DNA of 64,000 nucleotides from Octopus sinensis (lineage: Eukaryota): assembly GCF_006345805.1 (NCBI RefSeq), contig NC_043005.1:52142001-52206000 (forward strand), written 5' to 3'. The notes below the pieces were generated by a model. The model had not been told where the DNA came from and did no database searches. It was given only the letters and a program-made list of their open reading frames with translations. A program made the position numbers and the translations under genes. Below are positions 1-13,169 of this stretch, piece by piece (the first letter of the stretch is position 1; each line of letters opens with the position of its first letter).

Positions 1-409
1 ACAATTTGGAAATTGATAAATGAATATGAAAAATAATAAAATAACACATTACCACATAAAATCATAATTATAATACGAAATGTTACAAACAATTACTTCA
101 TTAAATATATAATTAATTAATAATTATTTTTACTTCATTAAATAACTAGTTAATCAAACAAACAATCTGTAATTATGTGCTCGCTACGTATTCGAGGCTG
201 TTGACATAAGGAAGCAAATAATTTACCATTCTACATATCAAATATCTATGAATATGTATAGAGTGAACATTATAGCGTTATGTATCTCTATCTCTCCCCA
301 CTCCGCACCACCACCACCTGTACACCATTACCTATCAACGTATTGTGGTCGTTGTGGCAGAATGTGCTATTGTATCGTACCTGTTAATCTAACGCAATTA
401 TAAATATTC

Positions 410-900
410 TGAGTTCGCCACCTGCTGAGGGCAACTTTAATCATTGTCGTTTCGGGTTCGATAAAATACATTTGTATTAAGGCGATGCGTCGGTGGAAAA
501 AAGCTAGAGCGTCAAATAAGATGCTCTGCGTTATTTCTTCTGGATGATTCTGTTCTGGTTTCGAATCCCGCCCAGGTCAACATTAATTTTCTTCCTTCCG
601 GGGTCAATAAAATACTGCTTTTGTACGAAGGCGATATGTTGCGGAAAAGCTAGACCGTCAAACAAGATGCTATGCGCTATTTCTTCTGGCAGATTCCGTT
701 TTGATTTCAAATCTCGCCGAGGTCAACTTTTATTTATTTCCTTTCCGGGTCGATAATATGTAACAATTCGTTGGTAGAAATGCTATAGAGTCTGACTCGA
801 TAGCATGCGATGTTTCGTTTGATTCCGTTCAGATTTCAAATCCTACAGAAAACAAATTAATTTTCATCTTTTTGTTTGATAAAATATATTCTTGTTCTAA
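410..900 (+). mobile_element. Degenerate tandem SINE family A units
   Basis: Repeated decayed versions of 'ttctgagttcaaat...gaggtcaacttt...ttcgggtcgataa'. Confidence 0.6.
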
Positions 901-1680
901 GGCGGCGAGCTGGCAGAAACGTTTGCACGCCGGGCGAAATGCGTAGCCGTATTTCGTCTGCCGTTACGTTCTGAGTTCAAATTCCACCGAGGTCGACTTT
1001 GCCATTCATCCTATCGGGATCGATAAATTAAGTACCAGTTATGCACTGGGGTCGATATATTCGACTTAATCCGTTTGTCTGTCCTTGTTTGTCCTCTCTG
1101 TGTTTAGCTCCTTGTGGGTAGTAAAGAAATAGGTATTTCACCAGCCGTTACGTTCTGAGATCTAAATCCGTCGAGGTCGACTTTGCCTTTCATCCTTTAG
1201 GGCTCGATAAATTAAGTACCAGTTGCGTACTGGGGTCAATGTAATCGACTTAATCCCTTTTTCTGTTTGTCCCCTCTATGTTTAGCCCCTTGTAGGCAAT
1301 AAAGAAATAGGAAACGCTAGAGAATCAGACAAGATATAATGCAATATTTCGTTTGACTGATTCCGTCCTGAGTTCAAATACTACCGAAGTTAGCTTTGCT
1401 TCTTATTCTCCTGGGATTTATAAAACATTGTCCCTCTCTAATGCAAAACGCTAGATAGTAGGACAAAAGAGTATGCGGTATTTCGTTTGCCTGATTCCGA
1501 TCTTAGTTCAAATCCCGTCGAAGGCGATTCCACTTTTCATCCTTGAGAGGTCGATAAAATAAAGCTTCGTTCAAGGGCAGTGGAATGACTGAAACATTAA
1601 AGTATTGAACGAGTAATCGACTTAGCTCCTCCCTCGTACATGCATTTTGCTTCTGAATTCAAATCCGGCCATGGTCAACT
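901..1680 (+). mobile_element. SINE family A (tRNA-like head) with tandem internal units
   Basis: Head ggcggcgagctggcagaaacg at 901, B-box-like gagttcaaattcc, central gtcgactttgcc-ttcatcc-tcggggtcgataaattaagtaccag; repeated downstream. Confidence 0.85.
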
Positions 1681-1889
1681 AAGATGGTTGAACAGTGGCT
1701 CTCAAGCATATGGCCAATGGGTGTCCACATACGATTTTGTTGTTAAAATTTATCTCCAATAAATTGGTTATACTTTTATAATACATAAAATATTTGATCT
1801 CAGATCAGGTCACGTGCTATGCAAGTACATCTCCGTAATTTTAATAATTATTTTTATACAATTACTTACAATAATCAATTATAAAAATA

Positions 1890-1937
1890 AAGCCTTGTGA
1901 GTGGATTTGGTAGACGGAAACTAAAAGAAGCCCGTCG

Positions 1938-1970
<33 letters not shown>

Positions 1971-2175
1971 ATATGTGAGTGGGTGTGTGTGTGTGTTTGT
2001 GTATCTGTGTTTGTCCCCCATCATCGATTGACAACCGATGCAGGTGTGTTTACGTCCCCATAACTTAGCGGTTCGGCAAAAGAGACCGATAGAATAAGTA
2101 CTGGGCTTCCAAAGAATAAGTCCCGGGGTCGATTTGCTCGACTAAAGGCCACTGTCAAACGACTGAAACAAGTAA
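1890..2175 (+). mobile_element. SINE family B, 5'-truncated
   Basis: aaagccttgtgagtggatttggtagacggaaactaaaagaagcccgtcg, internal (TA)/(TG), tail to actgaaacaagtaaaag. Confidence 0.85.
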
Positions 2176-2534
2176 AAGGGAGAGGATTATTTTAAACATC
2201 AGAATGGTCAGGGGTATACACCGGAGTAAAATAGACATGAAAAAGGTCCATAGGTAAAAAAAAAAAAAAAAAAACTTCAGAAACGCTGTGGTAGACTTAA
2301 TCCATTGCGCGGTTACCACGATCACCACCATCACCACCAACAAAAACGTCTTTGGTGAAATCTAGCGGGAGTTCACTCTGGTGCAAGAATTTACGGCACA
2401 TGTCTAGATTTAGAATAACTCCCATCCCAACTCTCTCAAGCCAATCAGTCTCCCGGGCGTTGTAAAAAGAGCCGTCTTTATACTATTATAGGCATCTGTG
2501 CAAAGTAATGCATTGGGGCCTATTGTCTTTTATC

Positions 2535-2760
2535 TTATATTCTTTTTTAATGTTTCAGTCGTTAGACTGCGGCTATGATCGAGCACAGCCTTGCAGAAGT
2601 TTTAGACGAACGAATCGACACCAGCACTTATTATTTATTTAAAGCTTAGTGCTTATTCTATTGGTTTCTTTTGCCAGACCGCTAAGTTACGAGTACGTAA
2701 ACTCACCCACATCGGTTGTCAAGCGGTGATGGTACAAACACAGATGCACAGACACACACA
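2535..2760 (-). mobile_element. SINE family B, 3' part
   Basis: Reverse-complement match to family B tail (tttcagtc...ccgctaagttacg...catcggttgtcaagcg). Confidence 0.75.
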
Positions 2761-2761
2761 C

Positions 2762-2849
<88 letters not shown>

Positions 2850-3009
2850 TACACACACAAATACAGATAAACCATAAAAAGTCCCGAGGTATGAGAGGTG
2901 AGTATATATATTTAACCACTTGTTATACGTAAGATTATGGCCGGTTCGCAGACTTCATAACCTTATAATAATTTCAGTGTATAATAAATCATATTTGCAT
3001 GTCAGCACT

Positions 3010-3305
3010 GTGGAGACGCAATGGCCCAATAGTTAGGGCAGCGGACTCAGGGCTGGAGGATCGCGGTTTCGATTCCCAGACCGGGCGTTGTGTGTTTTTA
3101 TTGAGCGAAAACACCTAAAGCTCCCCTGTTGTACTCTTTCGCCCCAACTTTCTCTCACTCTTTCTTCCTGTTCTTGAGTAACGCTGCGTCCCGTCCAGTT
3201 GGGGGGAACACATACGCCATAGAAACCAGGGCCATGAGCCTGGTTAGGCTTGAAAAGGGCGCATGAATAAAAAGAAATGTCCACACTAAAATGCATGCGT
3301 TTCAG
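3010..3305 (+). mobile_element. tRNA-headed SINE (C-related subfamily, 'E' tail)
   Basis: Head gtggagacgcaatggcccaatagttaggg...gtttcgattccc; tail ...ggcttgaaaagggcgcatgaataaaaag. Confidence 0.75.
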
Positions 3306-3719
3306 ATTGAATTTCGGTGCTAAACGCAATGTTCTGCTTTGACTGTGTGGTTGTTTTGAAGCATTTCATAATAGATTATCTTCTTCCTAATCCCACTAAA
3401 CACAAACCCTTGTCTCGCGTGGAAGCGGCTCTTGCTTGGATCAGTCATTCGTCCCTTTGCTTTGTGGTGCTCCAGCATGACCGCAACTTAAAGGTGGGAT
3501 AAATTAAAAAAGTTTATAACATTATTTAAAAACAACATTTTTAATCGTCGGTGACGATGCGGTAAAGAAATATGTGCCTACGAGTATCGTAGTGTTGAGC
3601 GAGGAAAATGGCGGTGATAGAAGAGCGTAGGATTTGTTTCTTTCCGTCAGATCGTGTAGCACCCAAGCACCAAGATATTGGACGTTATCTATCTAGTGAA
3701 TGTGACACTGAACGATAAT

Positions 3720-3940
3720 AGCGGCGAGCTGGCAGAAACGTGAGCACGCCGGGCGAAATGCGTAACTGTATTTCGTCTGCCGTTACGTTCTGAGTTCAAA
3801 TTCCGCCGAGGTCGACTTTTCCTTTCATCCTTTCGGGGTCTATAAATTAAGTACCAGTTACACACTGGGATCGACATAATCGACTTAATCCCTTTGTTTG
3901 TCCACTCTGTATTTGGCCCCTTGTGGGTAGTAAAGAAATA
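3720..3940 (+). mobile_element. SINE family A nested in mariner relic
   Basis: Near-consensus family A copy splitting the transposase between HTH and WVPHEL-like motif. Confidence 0.9.
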
Positions 3941-4131
3941 GATAACATGAGATATAATGGACCATTTCCCTCGTGAATTGGCTCGGTTCTTCGTAGATGT
4001 GCACGTGCAGTCGACGCTCATTGTATTGTATAGGTCGGCAGAGACACTAAGCGTCAGCGATATCGAATTCTTCCTCCTTAAAGCACGAAAGCCATTTCTA
4101 AGCAGTTCTTTCAGTAATAGTGTCTGTACAC

Positions 4132-4254
4132 TGAAATGCATGCATTTTAGTGCGGACTTTTTTTTTTATTCATGCGCCCTTTTCAAGCCTAGCCAGGCCC
4201 ATGGGCCCGGTTTCTATGGCGTATGTGTTCCCCCCAACTGGACGGGACGCAGCG
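4132..4254 (-). mobile_element. 5'-truncated SINE tail (E subfamily) with 5-bp direct repeat
   Basis: Reverse complement of 3179-3305; TACAC at 4127-4131 and 4255-4259; interrupts mariner ORF between IYAV and TITER. Confidence 0.8.
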
Positions 4255-4669
4255 TTACACAGCATAAATGTTCTGAGTGACTTTGGCAGCTTCGGAAACT
4301 TAATTAAAAGCCTAGAGAAGGTAAGGAAAATGTTCATTTCTTTTCTTCTAATTGGCATTCCATCGTCATGTCTGAAAAGAGACAAAAATTTATTCAAATT
4401 ACAAAAAAACAACAAAAAAATTCGAGCTGTAGAACAAGACTGGAGTCAAAAAACAGTAAAACAGTGCATTTGTCACCTTACCATTGTTGGCCAAATTTTT
4501 TTGGTAGATGTCTGGTTGCAGAGAGCGATAGAATAAGTACTTTAAAAAAACTATGGAGACTGATTTGTTTGATTAAAACCCCTCTAGGTGCGTGTGCCAG
4601 CATGGCTGCAGTCCGATGACTGAAAAGAAAAGGGATAAAAGATATGTATGAATCTAGATATATGTACGG

Positions 4670-4729
<60 letters not shown>

Positions 4730-4960
4730 TATATATATGTGTGTGTGTGTATGTATGTATATGGATATAAATATATATATGTCTTGAAATATGTATTTAT
4801 GTATACATATATCTGTGCATAAATATATGCATGTATATATACAGGCGTATCTCTATGTGTGTGCGTGTATATATATATATATATGTATGTGTGTGTATGT
4901 GTGTGTGCGTGCGCGCGCGCGGGTGTGTATGTGTGTGCGTCGAATAAATGCAAATTAGTA
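4670..4960. repeat. (TA)n/(TG)n compound microsatellite
   Basis: Direct reading. Confidence 0.95.
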
Positions 4961-5287
4961 TTCACAACACTATCTTCATTGTTTATTTCACTTCAGTCTA
5001 CATCAGTAATGAGTAGCTTTTCGACATTGTTGCATTGAGTTTCTGGGTTAAAATTCTACTAACTTTAACTCTGCCGTTCCTTTCGTCGGGACGGGGTGGG
5101 TGGGGCAATTAAGAAAATAAAGTAGCATTTACTTGGGTAAATGAAATTTACTCTTTTCCGTGAAACTTTTTGACTTTGTCCCTAAACTGTATCTATTTCT
5201 TTCCGTACTTCTACCTCTGTGTCTGTTTGTTTTTCTGTCTGTCTGTCAGTATAGAATGTATGTATGTATGTATGTATATATGTGATT

Positions 5288-5605
5288 GCGCATGACTCAG
5301 TGGTTAGAGCGTCGAGTTTACAACCGTGAGGTTGTGAGTTCGATTTCCGGACCGGACTGCGTGTTATGTTCTTGAGCAAGGCACTTTATTTCACATTGCT
5401 CCTGTTAACTCAGCTGAAGAAATGAGTTGCGGCATCACTGGTGCCAAGCTGTATCGGCCTTTGGTATTTCTCTTAGATAACATCAGTGGTGTGGAGAGAG
5501 GAAGCTGGTATGGATGGGCGACTGCTAGTCTTCCATAAACAACCTTGTGTCTCCGAGGGTAACTTTCTAGGTGCAATCCCATGGTCATTCATGACCGAAG
5601 GAGAG
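5288..5605 (+). mobile_element. SINE family C (tRNA head, CORE-like middle)
   Basis: gcgcatgactcagtggttagagc...gagttcgattt; ttcttgagcaaggcactttatttcac; tail cccatggtcattcatgaccgaagg. Confidence 0.85.
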
Positions 5606-5644
5606 AGGGCGGGTCTCCTATGTATGTATGTAAAATGGGTAAAT

Positions 5645-5960
5645 ACACCCTTCGGTCATGAATGACGATAGGATCGCAAATAGCAAGTTCCCTTCCGAGG
5701 TTCAAGGCCGGGAAAGTTTGTTTTTAGAAGACCAGCAATCGCTTTTGTATACTGATGTTGTCCAAGGGAATTGCAAAGGTCGACAGAGCTTGGCACCAGA
5801 GCTTGGACGTCGCCATCCGTTTCTGCTGCTGAGTGAACTTGAGTAACGTGAAATAAAGTTTTTTGCTCAAGAGCACATCAGACAGCCCTGTCCAGGAATT
5901 GAATTCACTACCTCATGATTGTGAGCCCGAAACTCTCAACACTGAGCCATGCGCCTTCAC
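5645..5960 (-). mobile_element. SINE family C
   Basis: Reverse-complement copy, tail-to-tail with 5288-5605. Confidence 0.8.
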
Positions 5961-6239
5961 TGCATATATGTAGAGGTTTATGAACGTATTTGTTTAAGCA
6001 TGTATGTATAATCATACATTTAAAACGGAACTCGGTCAAAAATCCACTCCGAGTTTTTATTCAATTAACCGAATGACAAGACTCATTAGTGGGTGTATAT
6101 AAGTATGTGTGTGTATTTACGCATGCATGCACTGTGTATGTATCTGACCTTCAGTATATATATATATATATATATGCGCATGAGATATATGTAATGTACG
6201 GTTATATAGTGTAAAATATATATTTATATAGCATTCTAT

Positions 6240-6632
6240 TTTTTTTATTTCAGTCATTAGATTGTGGCCATGCTGGGACACCAGCTTCGAGAAATACAGT
6301 GATTATTTTTCTAGAGCCTGGTAGTTATTCTATCGGACTCTTTTGCCTAACCGCTAGGTTACGTCGACGTAAAAAAGAACGCTTATCAAGCGGTGGTGTG
6401 GGAACAAACACATACATACGCGCGCGCACACACAAACATAAACATGCACGCATACACACGCACACAGAGATGACGGGCTTCTTTCAGTTTCCGTCTTCCA
6501 AATTCACTCATAATGCCCTGGTTGGCAGGAGGCTACAGCAGAAGCAATTTGCCCACTGTGCCACGCTGTAGGACTGAACCTGGAACCATGTGGCTGGGAG
6601 GAAAATTATTTACCACGCAGCCATGCCTGCAC
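6240..6632 (-). mobile_element. SINE family B
   Basis: Full-length diverged copy. Confidence 0.8.
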
Positions 6633-6671
6633 CTACATCCCTATCTCTCTCTCTCTCTCTCACTCTCTTTC

Positions 6672-6722
<51 letters not shown>

Positions 6723-6908
6723 GTATGTGTGTATGTACATACGTACATATGTATGTGTGTATGTATGTGTATATTTATGTATGTATGTTTGTATGTATGT
6801 ATGTATTAATGTATTTATGTATGTATGTATGTATTTATACACAGGGAAAGCTACACAAACATCAACATCACGACATGCATTTAAATTATAACCGAGATAC
6901 ATACATAC

Positions 6909-6944
<36 letters not shown>

Positions 6945-6945
<1 letters not shown>

Positions 6946-7343
6946 TCTTTTACTATTTTACTTGTTTCAGTCATTTGACTGCGGCCATGCTGGAGCACCG
7001 CCTTTAGTCGAGCAAATCGACCCCGGGACTTATTCTTTGTAAGCCCAGTACTTATTCTATCGGTCTCTTTTGCCGAACCGCTAAATGACGGGGACGTAAG
7101 CATACCAGCATCGGTTGTCAAGCAAACACAGGGGAACAAACACAGACACACACACACTTATATATATATATATACATATATACGACAAACTTCTTTCAGT
7201 CTCCGTCTACCAAATCCACTCACAAGGCATTGGTCGGCCCGGGGCTATAGCAGAAGACACTTGCCCAAGATGCCACGCAGTGGGACTGAACCTGATACCA
7301 TGTGGTTGGTAAGCAAGCTACTTACCACACAGCCACTCCTGCG

Positions 7344-7346
<3 letters not shown>
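6945..7346 (-). mobile_element. SINE family B, near consensus
   Basis: Ends in accacacagccactcctgcgcct (rc of tRNA-like head aggcgcaggagtggctgtgtggtaag). Confidence 0.9.
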
Positions 7347-7388
<42 letters not shown>

Positions 7389-7466
7389 GCTGCAAGTCCT
7401 CTACAGCAAATTGAATTTTCAATTTTGCTTGTAGGGGCTAATAACGTTGTCTGTACATATACATAC

Positions 7467-7520
<54 letters not shown>

Positions 7521-7592
7521 TATATACGCATACATGCATACATACGTACACACCCACACACATATATATATGTGTATACATATTGATATATA

Positions 7593-7825
7593 TATTTCTT
7601 TACTGCCCACAAGGTGCTAAACATAGAGAGGACAAACAAGGACAGACAAAGGGATTAAGTCGATTACATCGACCCCAGTGCGTAACTGGTACTTTATTTA
7701 TCGACCCTGAAAGGATGAAAGGCAAAGTCGACCTCGGCAGAATTTGAACTCAGAACGTAACGACAGACGAAATACGGCTACGCATTTCGCCCGGCGTGCT
7801 AACGTTTCTGCCAGCTCACCGCCTT
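7593..7825 (-). mobile_element. SINE family A
   Basis: Near-consensus reverse copy. Confidence 0.9.
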
Positions 7826-8249
7826 CAAATATATATCATATTGATATATATGTGTGTATATACGTATGCATCTATGCATGCATGCATATATATATGTATA
7901 TATATCTATATGCGTGCGTGTGCATGTGTGTCTGTTCACAGTAACACATGTATGTATGCGTGTGTGTTGTGTGTGTGTGTGTGTGTTGGCGTGTGTGTAT
8001 GTGTGTGTGATAGCCGTGTTGCTCTACAATGCAATAGTACTTAAGTATCACAGTAGTTGTTGCAGTCAGTCATTTTACTATTGTCTTGCCAGTCTTTTGT
8101 TTGGTCTGGCGTCTGCTATGAGAGAATGAAACTCTCCACTCTTTCTTTCTTTTTCTATCTCTTTCAGTCTCTTTCGTTCTCTTTCTCTCTTTCGCATTCT
8201 GTCTTTCTCTTTCTATTCACATTGCCTCTACCTTTAATTTTTTCTCTCT

Positions 8250-8254
8250 ATGTT

Positions 8255-8315
<61 letters not shown>

Positions 8316-8347
8316 TTATCTATCTACCTATCTATCTATCTACCTAC

Positions 8348-8404
<57 letters not shown>

Positions 8405-8420
8405 ATCTACCTACTTGTCT
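8250..8420. repeat. (TCTA)n microsatellite
   Basis: Direct reading. Confidence 0.95.
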
Positions 8421-8984
8421 CTCTATATCTCTATTTATCTGTCTAGCGTATTGTCATTTCTCCATCTCTGTGTGTCTGTCTGTCTCTCTGTCTGTCTATC
8501 TGTCTGTCTCACTCTCCGTGTATCTCTCCTTCTCTGTCATTCTCTCTATCTGCCACTTCTGCCTCTCCTCCTCTCCCTCAAACTCGGAGTTATTTGCTAT
8601 GATTTTCTGATCTCTGTGTTCAAATTTTGCCGATGTCAGCCTCATCTTACACTCTTTCTCGTTGATTAAAAAAAAAAAGGAAAAAAAGGTAAACAGTTTC
8701 ACCCCAGGGACGCGGATTGGCGAAACTATTTCAGGTCCGAAAAGATGTCTTGACATGTCTCTTCTAATTTTGAGTTCTCAGCAATGCTTGCGACGACTCT
8801 TATGCCATACCAAATTTGTCTTCCCTCAATCGACGTCCTTTCTCTTCGATAACCATCAGAAGCATTTAGATCGAGAGACGTGCATGCATGGACAACAGCC
8901 AGTCTTCTTCAAAAAGAAAGGGTGGGTAGATATATGGTTAACCTTGGTAGCTGGAAGCCCTATATACTTTTCCACTCTAGACAC

Positions 8985-9494
8985 AAGGCTCAAAATTTTG
9001 GAGAGGGGGGGCAGTCGATTAGATCGACACCAGTACGCAGCTGGTACTAATTTATCGAAGTCGAAAGGTTGAAAGATAAAGTTGAGCTCGGTGGAATTTG
9101 AACTCGGAACGTAAAGACAGAGGGGCTAAACACAGAGGACAAACAGGGACAGACAAACGAAATAAGTCGATTACATCGACCCCAGTGCATAACTGGTACT
9201 AAATTTATCGACCCGGAAAGGATGAAAGGCAAAGTCGACCTCGACGGAATTTGAACTCAGAACGTAACAGCAGACGAAATACCTATTTCTTTATTACCCA
9301 CAAGGGGCTAAACATAGAGGGGACAAACAAGTACAGACATAGGTATTAAGTCGATTACATCGACCCCAGTGCGTAACTGGTACTTAATTTATCGACCTCG
9401 ATAGGATGAAAGGCAAAGTCGACCTCGGCGGAATTTGAAATACCGCTAAGTATTTCGCCTGGCGTGCTAACGACTCTGCCAGCTCGCCGCCTTT
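8985..9494 (-). mobile_element. SINE family A, tandem multimer
   Basis: Three successive central units then head ending ctcgccgcctt. Confidence 0.85.
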
Positions 9495-9844
9495 GAAGCC
9501 CTATATTGCTAGGCGCAAACGTAGCTGTATGGTTAATAATTTCGCTTTTGATTAGAGTAATCAATATAACAGAGATAGCGAGTTTGAACTCATTTTGCTA
9601 ACCTTACTTAAGCGATCCCTACTTAAATCCCTTACTGCAACATACAGAAGAAATACATATATTGTGCCATATAGAAGTGGTACTTATACTGCTGTATTTA
9701 GAGTCGGCCAAAGTCTTCCGAGTAAAAGTTTCGTAATCAGAATGTTTGTCTCGAATCCTGTCAAAAGCGACAGTAAATGTTCTCCAGTGGTTGATTTAAT
9801 CCCTCGCTTCGGTTAATAAAATATCAATCCAAGTACCCATGGGC

Positions 9845-9992
9845 TCAGGCGCGGTTGTGTGATCAGCATATGGTTCCGGCTTCAGTCACGCTGTGTGACA
9901 CCTTGGTCAAGTGTCCTCTATTAAAACCACGACCCGACCAAACCCTTGTAAGTGTATTTAGTGGACGAAACTGAAAGGAGCCAGTCATACGT

Positions 9993-10041
<49 letters not shown>

Positions 10042-10160
10042 CATGTCTTTGTGCTTGTGTTTGCCCTGCACCACCGCTGGACAAGCGGTGATGGTGTATT
10101 TACTTTGCTTGTAATTAGCGGTTCATCGAAAAAGACCGACAGAATAAGTATGGTCTTTGT
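9845..10160 (+). mobile_element. SINE family B, diverged
   Basis: aggcgcggttgtgtg...ccttggtcaagtgtc...gtggacgaaactgaaaggagcc + (TG)n. Confidence 0.75.
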
Positions 10161-10732
10161 TTAACCCTTTGCCCATACTGAGTTCAAATTCCTGCGAGAT
10201 CGACTTTGCTTTCATCCATTCAAGACGATGAAAGACATGACAGTTGAGCACTGGGGTCGATCGAATAGACTTACTCCTTCCTCCGAAATTGCCTTGCCTC
10301 AGTATCTGAAATGATTATGGAAATACAGTCAAATAACGGCTCAGTAAAGACGGTCAGGTTGACAGAACAGTCCCGCAATGTTCTAAGATCAAATAACGCA
10401 AAATGGTTTCGAGAAATGCATGAACATCATAAGAATCTATCCTCACCCGATATTACTAGATATCTCATGGAATAATTATATTTATTATTTTCTTTTTTTT
10501 TTCAACTTTTTATGCTGGAGATGTTGATGTCGCTGTTGCTGCATCTTTATCGCCAACGCCACCATCACTATCACCACCTCCACCTCCATCACTACAACAA
10601 CAACAACAACAAGAGTAACAAGGACGACGACAACAACAACAACAACGAGACAACCACCTTTTTAGGCAACTCTAATAACTATAAAAGCAACAGATTCTCG
10701 GGCAACAACAGGCTAAAGAGTAAAGACACTAT

Positions 10733-11057
10733 TCGGTCATGAATGACCATGGGATTGCACAGTTCCTGGGCAAGATCACCCATGCATACCAGCCATGAAT
10801 ATCGTGCATATCGCCCATGCAGTCACACATGTATACCAGCCTTGCCTCTCCGCGCCACCAATGTTATGCAAGGGAAAAGTAAAGGCCGATACAGCTTGGT
10901 ACCAGTGATGTCGCTACTCATTTTGTACAGCTGAGTGAACTGGAGCAACGTGAAATAAAGTGTTTTGCTCAAGAGCACAACACACAGCACGGTCTTGGAA
11001 TCGAACTCGCGACCTCATGATTGTGCGCCCGACGCTCTAACCACTGAGCCATGCGTT
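10733..11057 (-). mobile_element. SINE family C
   Basis: ttcggtcatgaatgaccatgggattgcac ... ccactgagccatgcg. Confidence 0.85.
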
Positions 11058-11462
11058 TTATGAGGGCCAACCATAACAACAACATCTGCTTTTTGGGGAA
11101 CTATGTCAACAATTCCTGTTGGAGCAACTACCGGCTACAATAACCAGAATAATAGCCTTTCTTGAGGGCAACCACAACGACAACGATAAAACAGCAATAA
11201 CGTATATGGGAGTAAATATACCAACATGATAATGATGCGGTGCTGAAGGTAGTCAATGTGTTGATGGTAACAGAGGTACTGCTGCTGCTGCTGCTGATGA
11301 TGATGATGATTGTTGTTGTTGATGTTAAGCAACAAGACGGGTAAGGGTGATTAGATGATGGTCTAGGGCTTAGGGGTGGGAAACCCCAGACCTTGGAAAA
11401 AAACATTTGGTCGTCTTGTTGTAGTCGAGGGCTCTTCGTTGATAATAATAATAGTAATAATG

Positions 11463-11496
<34 letters not shown>

Positions 11497-11519
11497 TAAT
11501 AATAATAATAATAATGATG

Positions 11520-11721
11520 ATGGTTTCAAATTTTGCCACAAGGGCAGCAGTTTTGCGGGAGGGTATATATATTATATATATTATATATATATATATATAT
11601 ACTAGTACTTAATTTATCGCTCCCAAAGGATAACAGACTAAATTGACCTCGGCGGAATTTGAACTCAAGACGGTCGAAATGCCGCTAAGCGTGCTAACGA
11701 TTCTGCCTGCTCGCCGCCTTT
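11520..11721 (-). mobile_element. SINE family A
   Basis: Short reverse copy in TAA/TA repeats. Confidence 0.75.
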
Positions 11722-11731
11722 AATAATAATA

Positions 11732-11764
<33 letters not shown>

Positions 11765-11809
11765 TTGATGATGTTGCGGTACCAAGGAGGAGCTGTCTTG
11801 GCGTTTAAA

Positions 11810-12347
11810 TGATGCAATACTATGCAAGCGGCTCTCATAGCTTCTGATCTTAACTGATTGGAAGTCTTATCGTGTTCATGTTTTACGTTGGTATAAAAGA
11901 TGGGCTACAGCAAATATTCAGCTTAATACAACACATTTGCTTATCAGTTGTTTGAACATGTTCCTTTATGACTGACGATTTGTGCATCTCTGATCACGAG
12001 CAGAAGTAGAGGAGGAACATCATAGCCATGTGATGAGAGGTTTTTTTGATGTTTGAATAATTAATCTCTGGAAACATGGGTGTTTCGTTCATCATAATTA
12101 ACCAAACCTTACTCAGGGACCTTTTTTTTGCGGGGTGGGCTACTCGACCTAAATAAAATTCTAACTCGGCCCCACCTGCAAGGTCAATCGCTGCTTATCT
12201 TGATATGAGATCAACATGTCGCGCATATGTGGTCGTGATGCACGTGCCTAGTGTAATCTTATCAGACAGGTAGTCATGATGGCTATACTGGGCTCCATAT
12301 ATTTGTACTCCGGTGTCATTTCGATGGTATGCATTGCTCTCTCACTC
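11810..12347 (+). mobile_element. Element D: ~520-bp repeat ending in (TAA)n, no tRNA head
   Basis: Homologous to 62592-63095 and rc of 58338-58590; starts tgatgcaatac, ends ctctcactc followed by (AAT)n. Confidence 0.75.
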
Positions 12348-13138
12348 AATAATAATGATAATAATAATAATAATAATAATAATAAAATTGTGGATGAGGT
12401 GGTGTTGGCGTTTGGCAACAAGATGTTGATTGTGATGATCATGATAATGATGGTAGCAGTGAAGTTACCCGAGTGCGTAGAATTAAGCGCAGTTGATGAT
12501 GATGATGATCATGGTAATTGCGGCGATCATGATGATAATGGTAATGACAGCGGAATTTGGGGCGGAAACGGGAATCGTGATGCTGGCGATTCTGACGGTA
12601 ACAGCAGTGGCTCTGTGAATGGTTGTGGTGATACAACGACGACGACGACGACGACGATGATGACGACGATTATGATGATGATTGACGATGAAGACGACAT
12701 CGATGATGATTATATGAAGATGATAATGGTGGTGATGAATATGACGACGATGATATAGGGGTAGTGTGGTAGTAGTGGTAGTAGTGGCGATAGCAATTAT
12801 AGTAGTCATGCTGGTGGCAGTGGTGGCGGTGATGGCGGTGGTGGTGGTGGTGGTTGTGGTGACGGCAGCGGCCATTGGGCCATTCTGCTTGCAGTTAGTT
12901 GTATCAGTATAATGGTGATGGTAGACCAGTCGATGATGTCAGCGATCGGTGCTGGTGGTGGTGAAGGACTATGATGATGATGATGATGATGATGAAGATA
13001 ACGATAATGATGATTATGATGAGTATGAAGATAATGATGATGATGATGATGATGATGATGACGACGACGATGTCAAAGATGATGATATTGATGATAATGA
13101 TGACAGTGATATTGATAACAATAATGATGATGATGATA

Positions 13139-13169
<31 letters not shown>

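Larger units (their letters stand above)
3315..4363 (-). pseudogene. Decayed mariner (Tc1/mariner) transposase, interrupted by two SINE insertions
   Basis: Minus-strand translation across stops/frameshifts: MECQLEEK-NEHFPYLL*AFN*VSEAAKVTQNIYAV (from 4363); TITERTA*KWLSCFKEEEFDIADA*CLCRPIQYNERRL...EPSQFTREM (HTH); GAWVLHDL (WVPHEL motif, 3648-3665); FLYRIVTDD*K (first catalytic D, 3541-3570); KKIIYYEMLQNNHTVKAEH. Confidence 0.85.

Noticed and set aside
3601-3620. AAAATGGCGG (YY1/start-codon-like motif) suggesting a gene start
   Set aside because: Lies on the antisense strand of the mariner relic.
5288-5362. tRNA-like sequences at SINE heads (also 3010, 20870, 30945)
   Set aside because: No complete cloverleaf or acceptor stem; they run into SINE bodies.
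8680-8905. 60-codon minus-strand frame ending IFSDLK with faint RT-like look
   Set aside because: Motif spacing does not fit RT domains; no other support.
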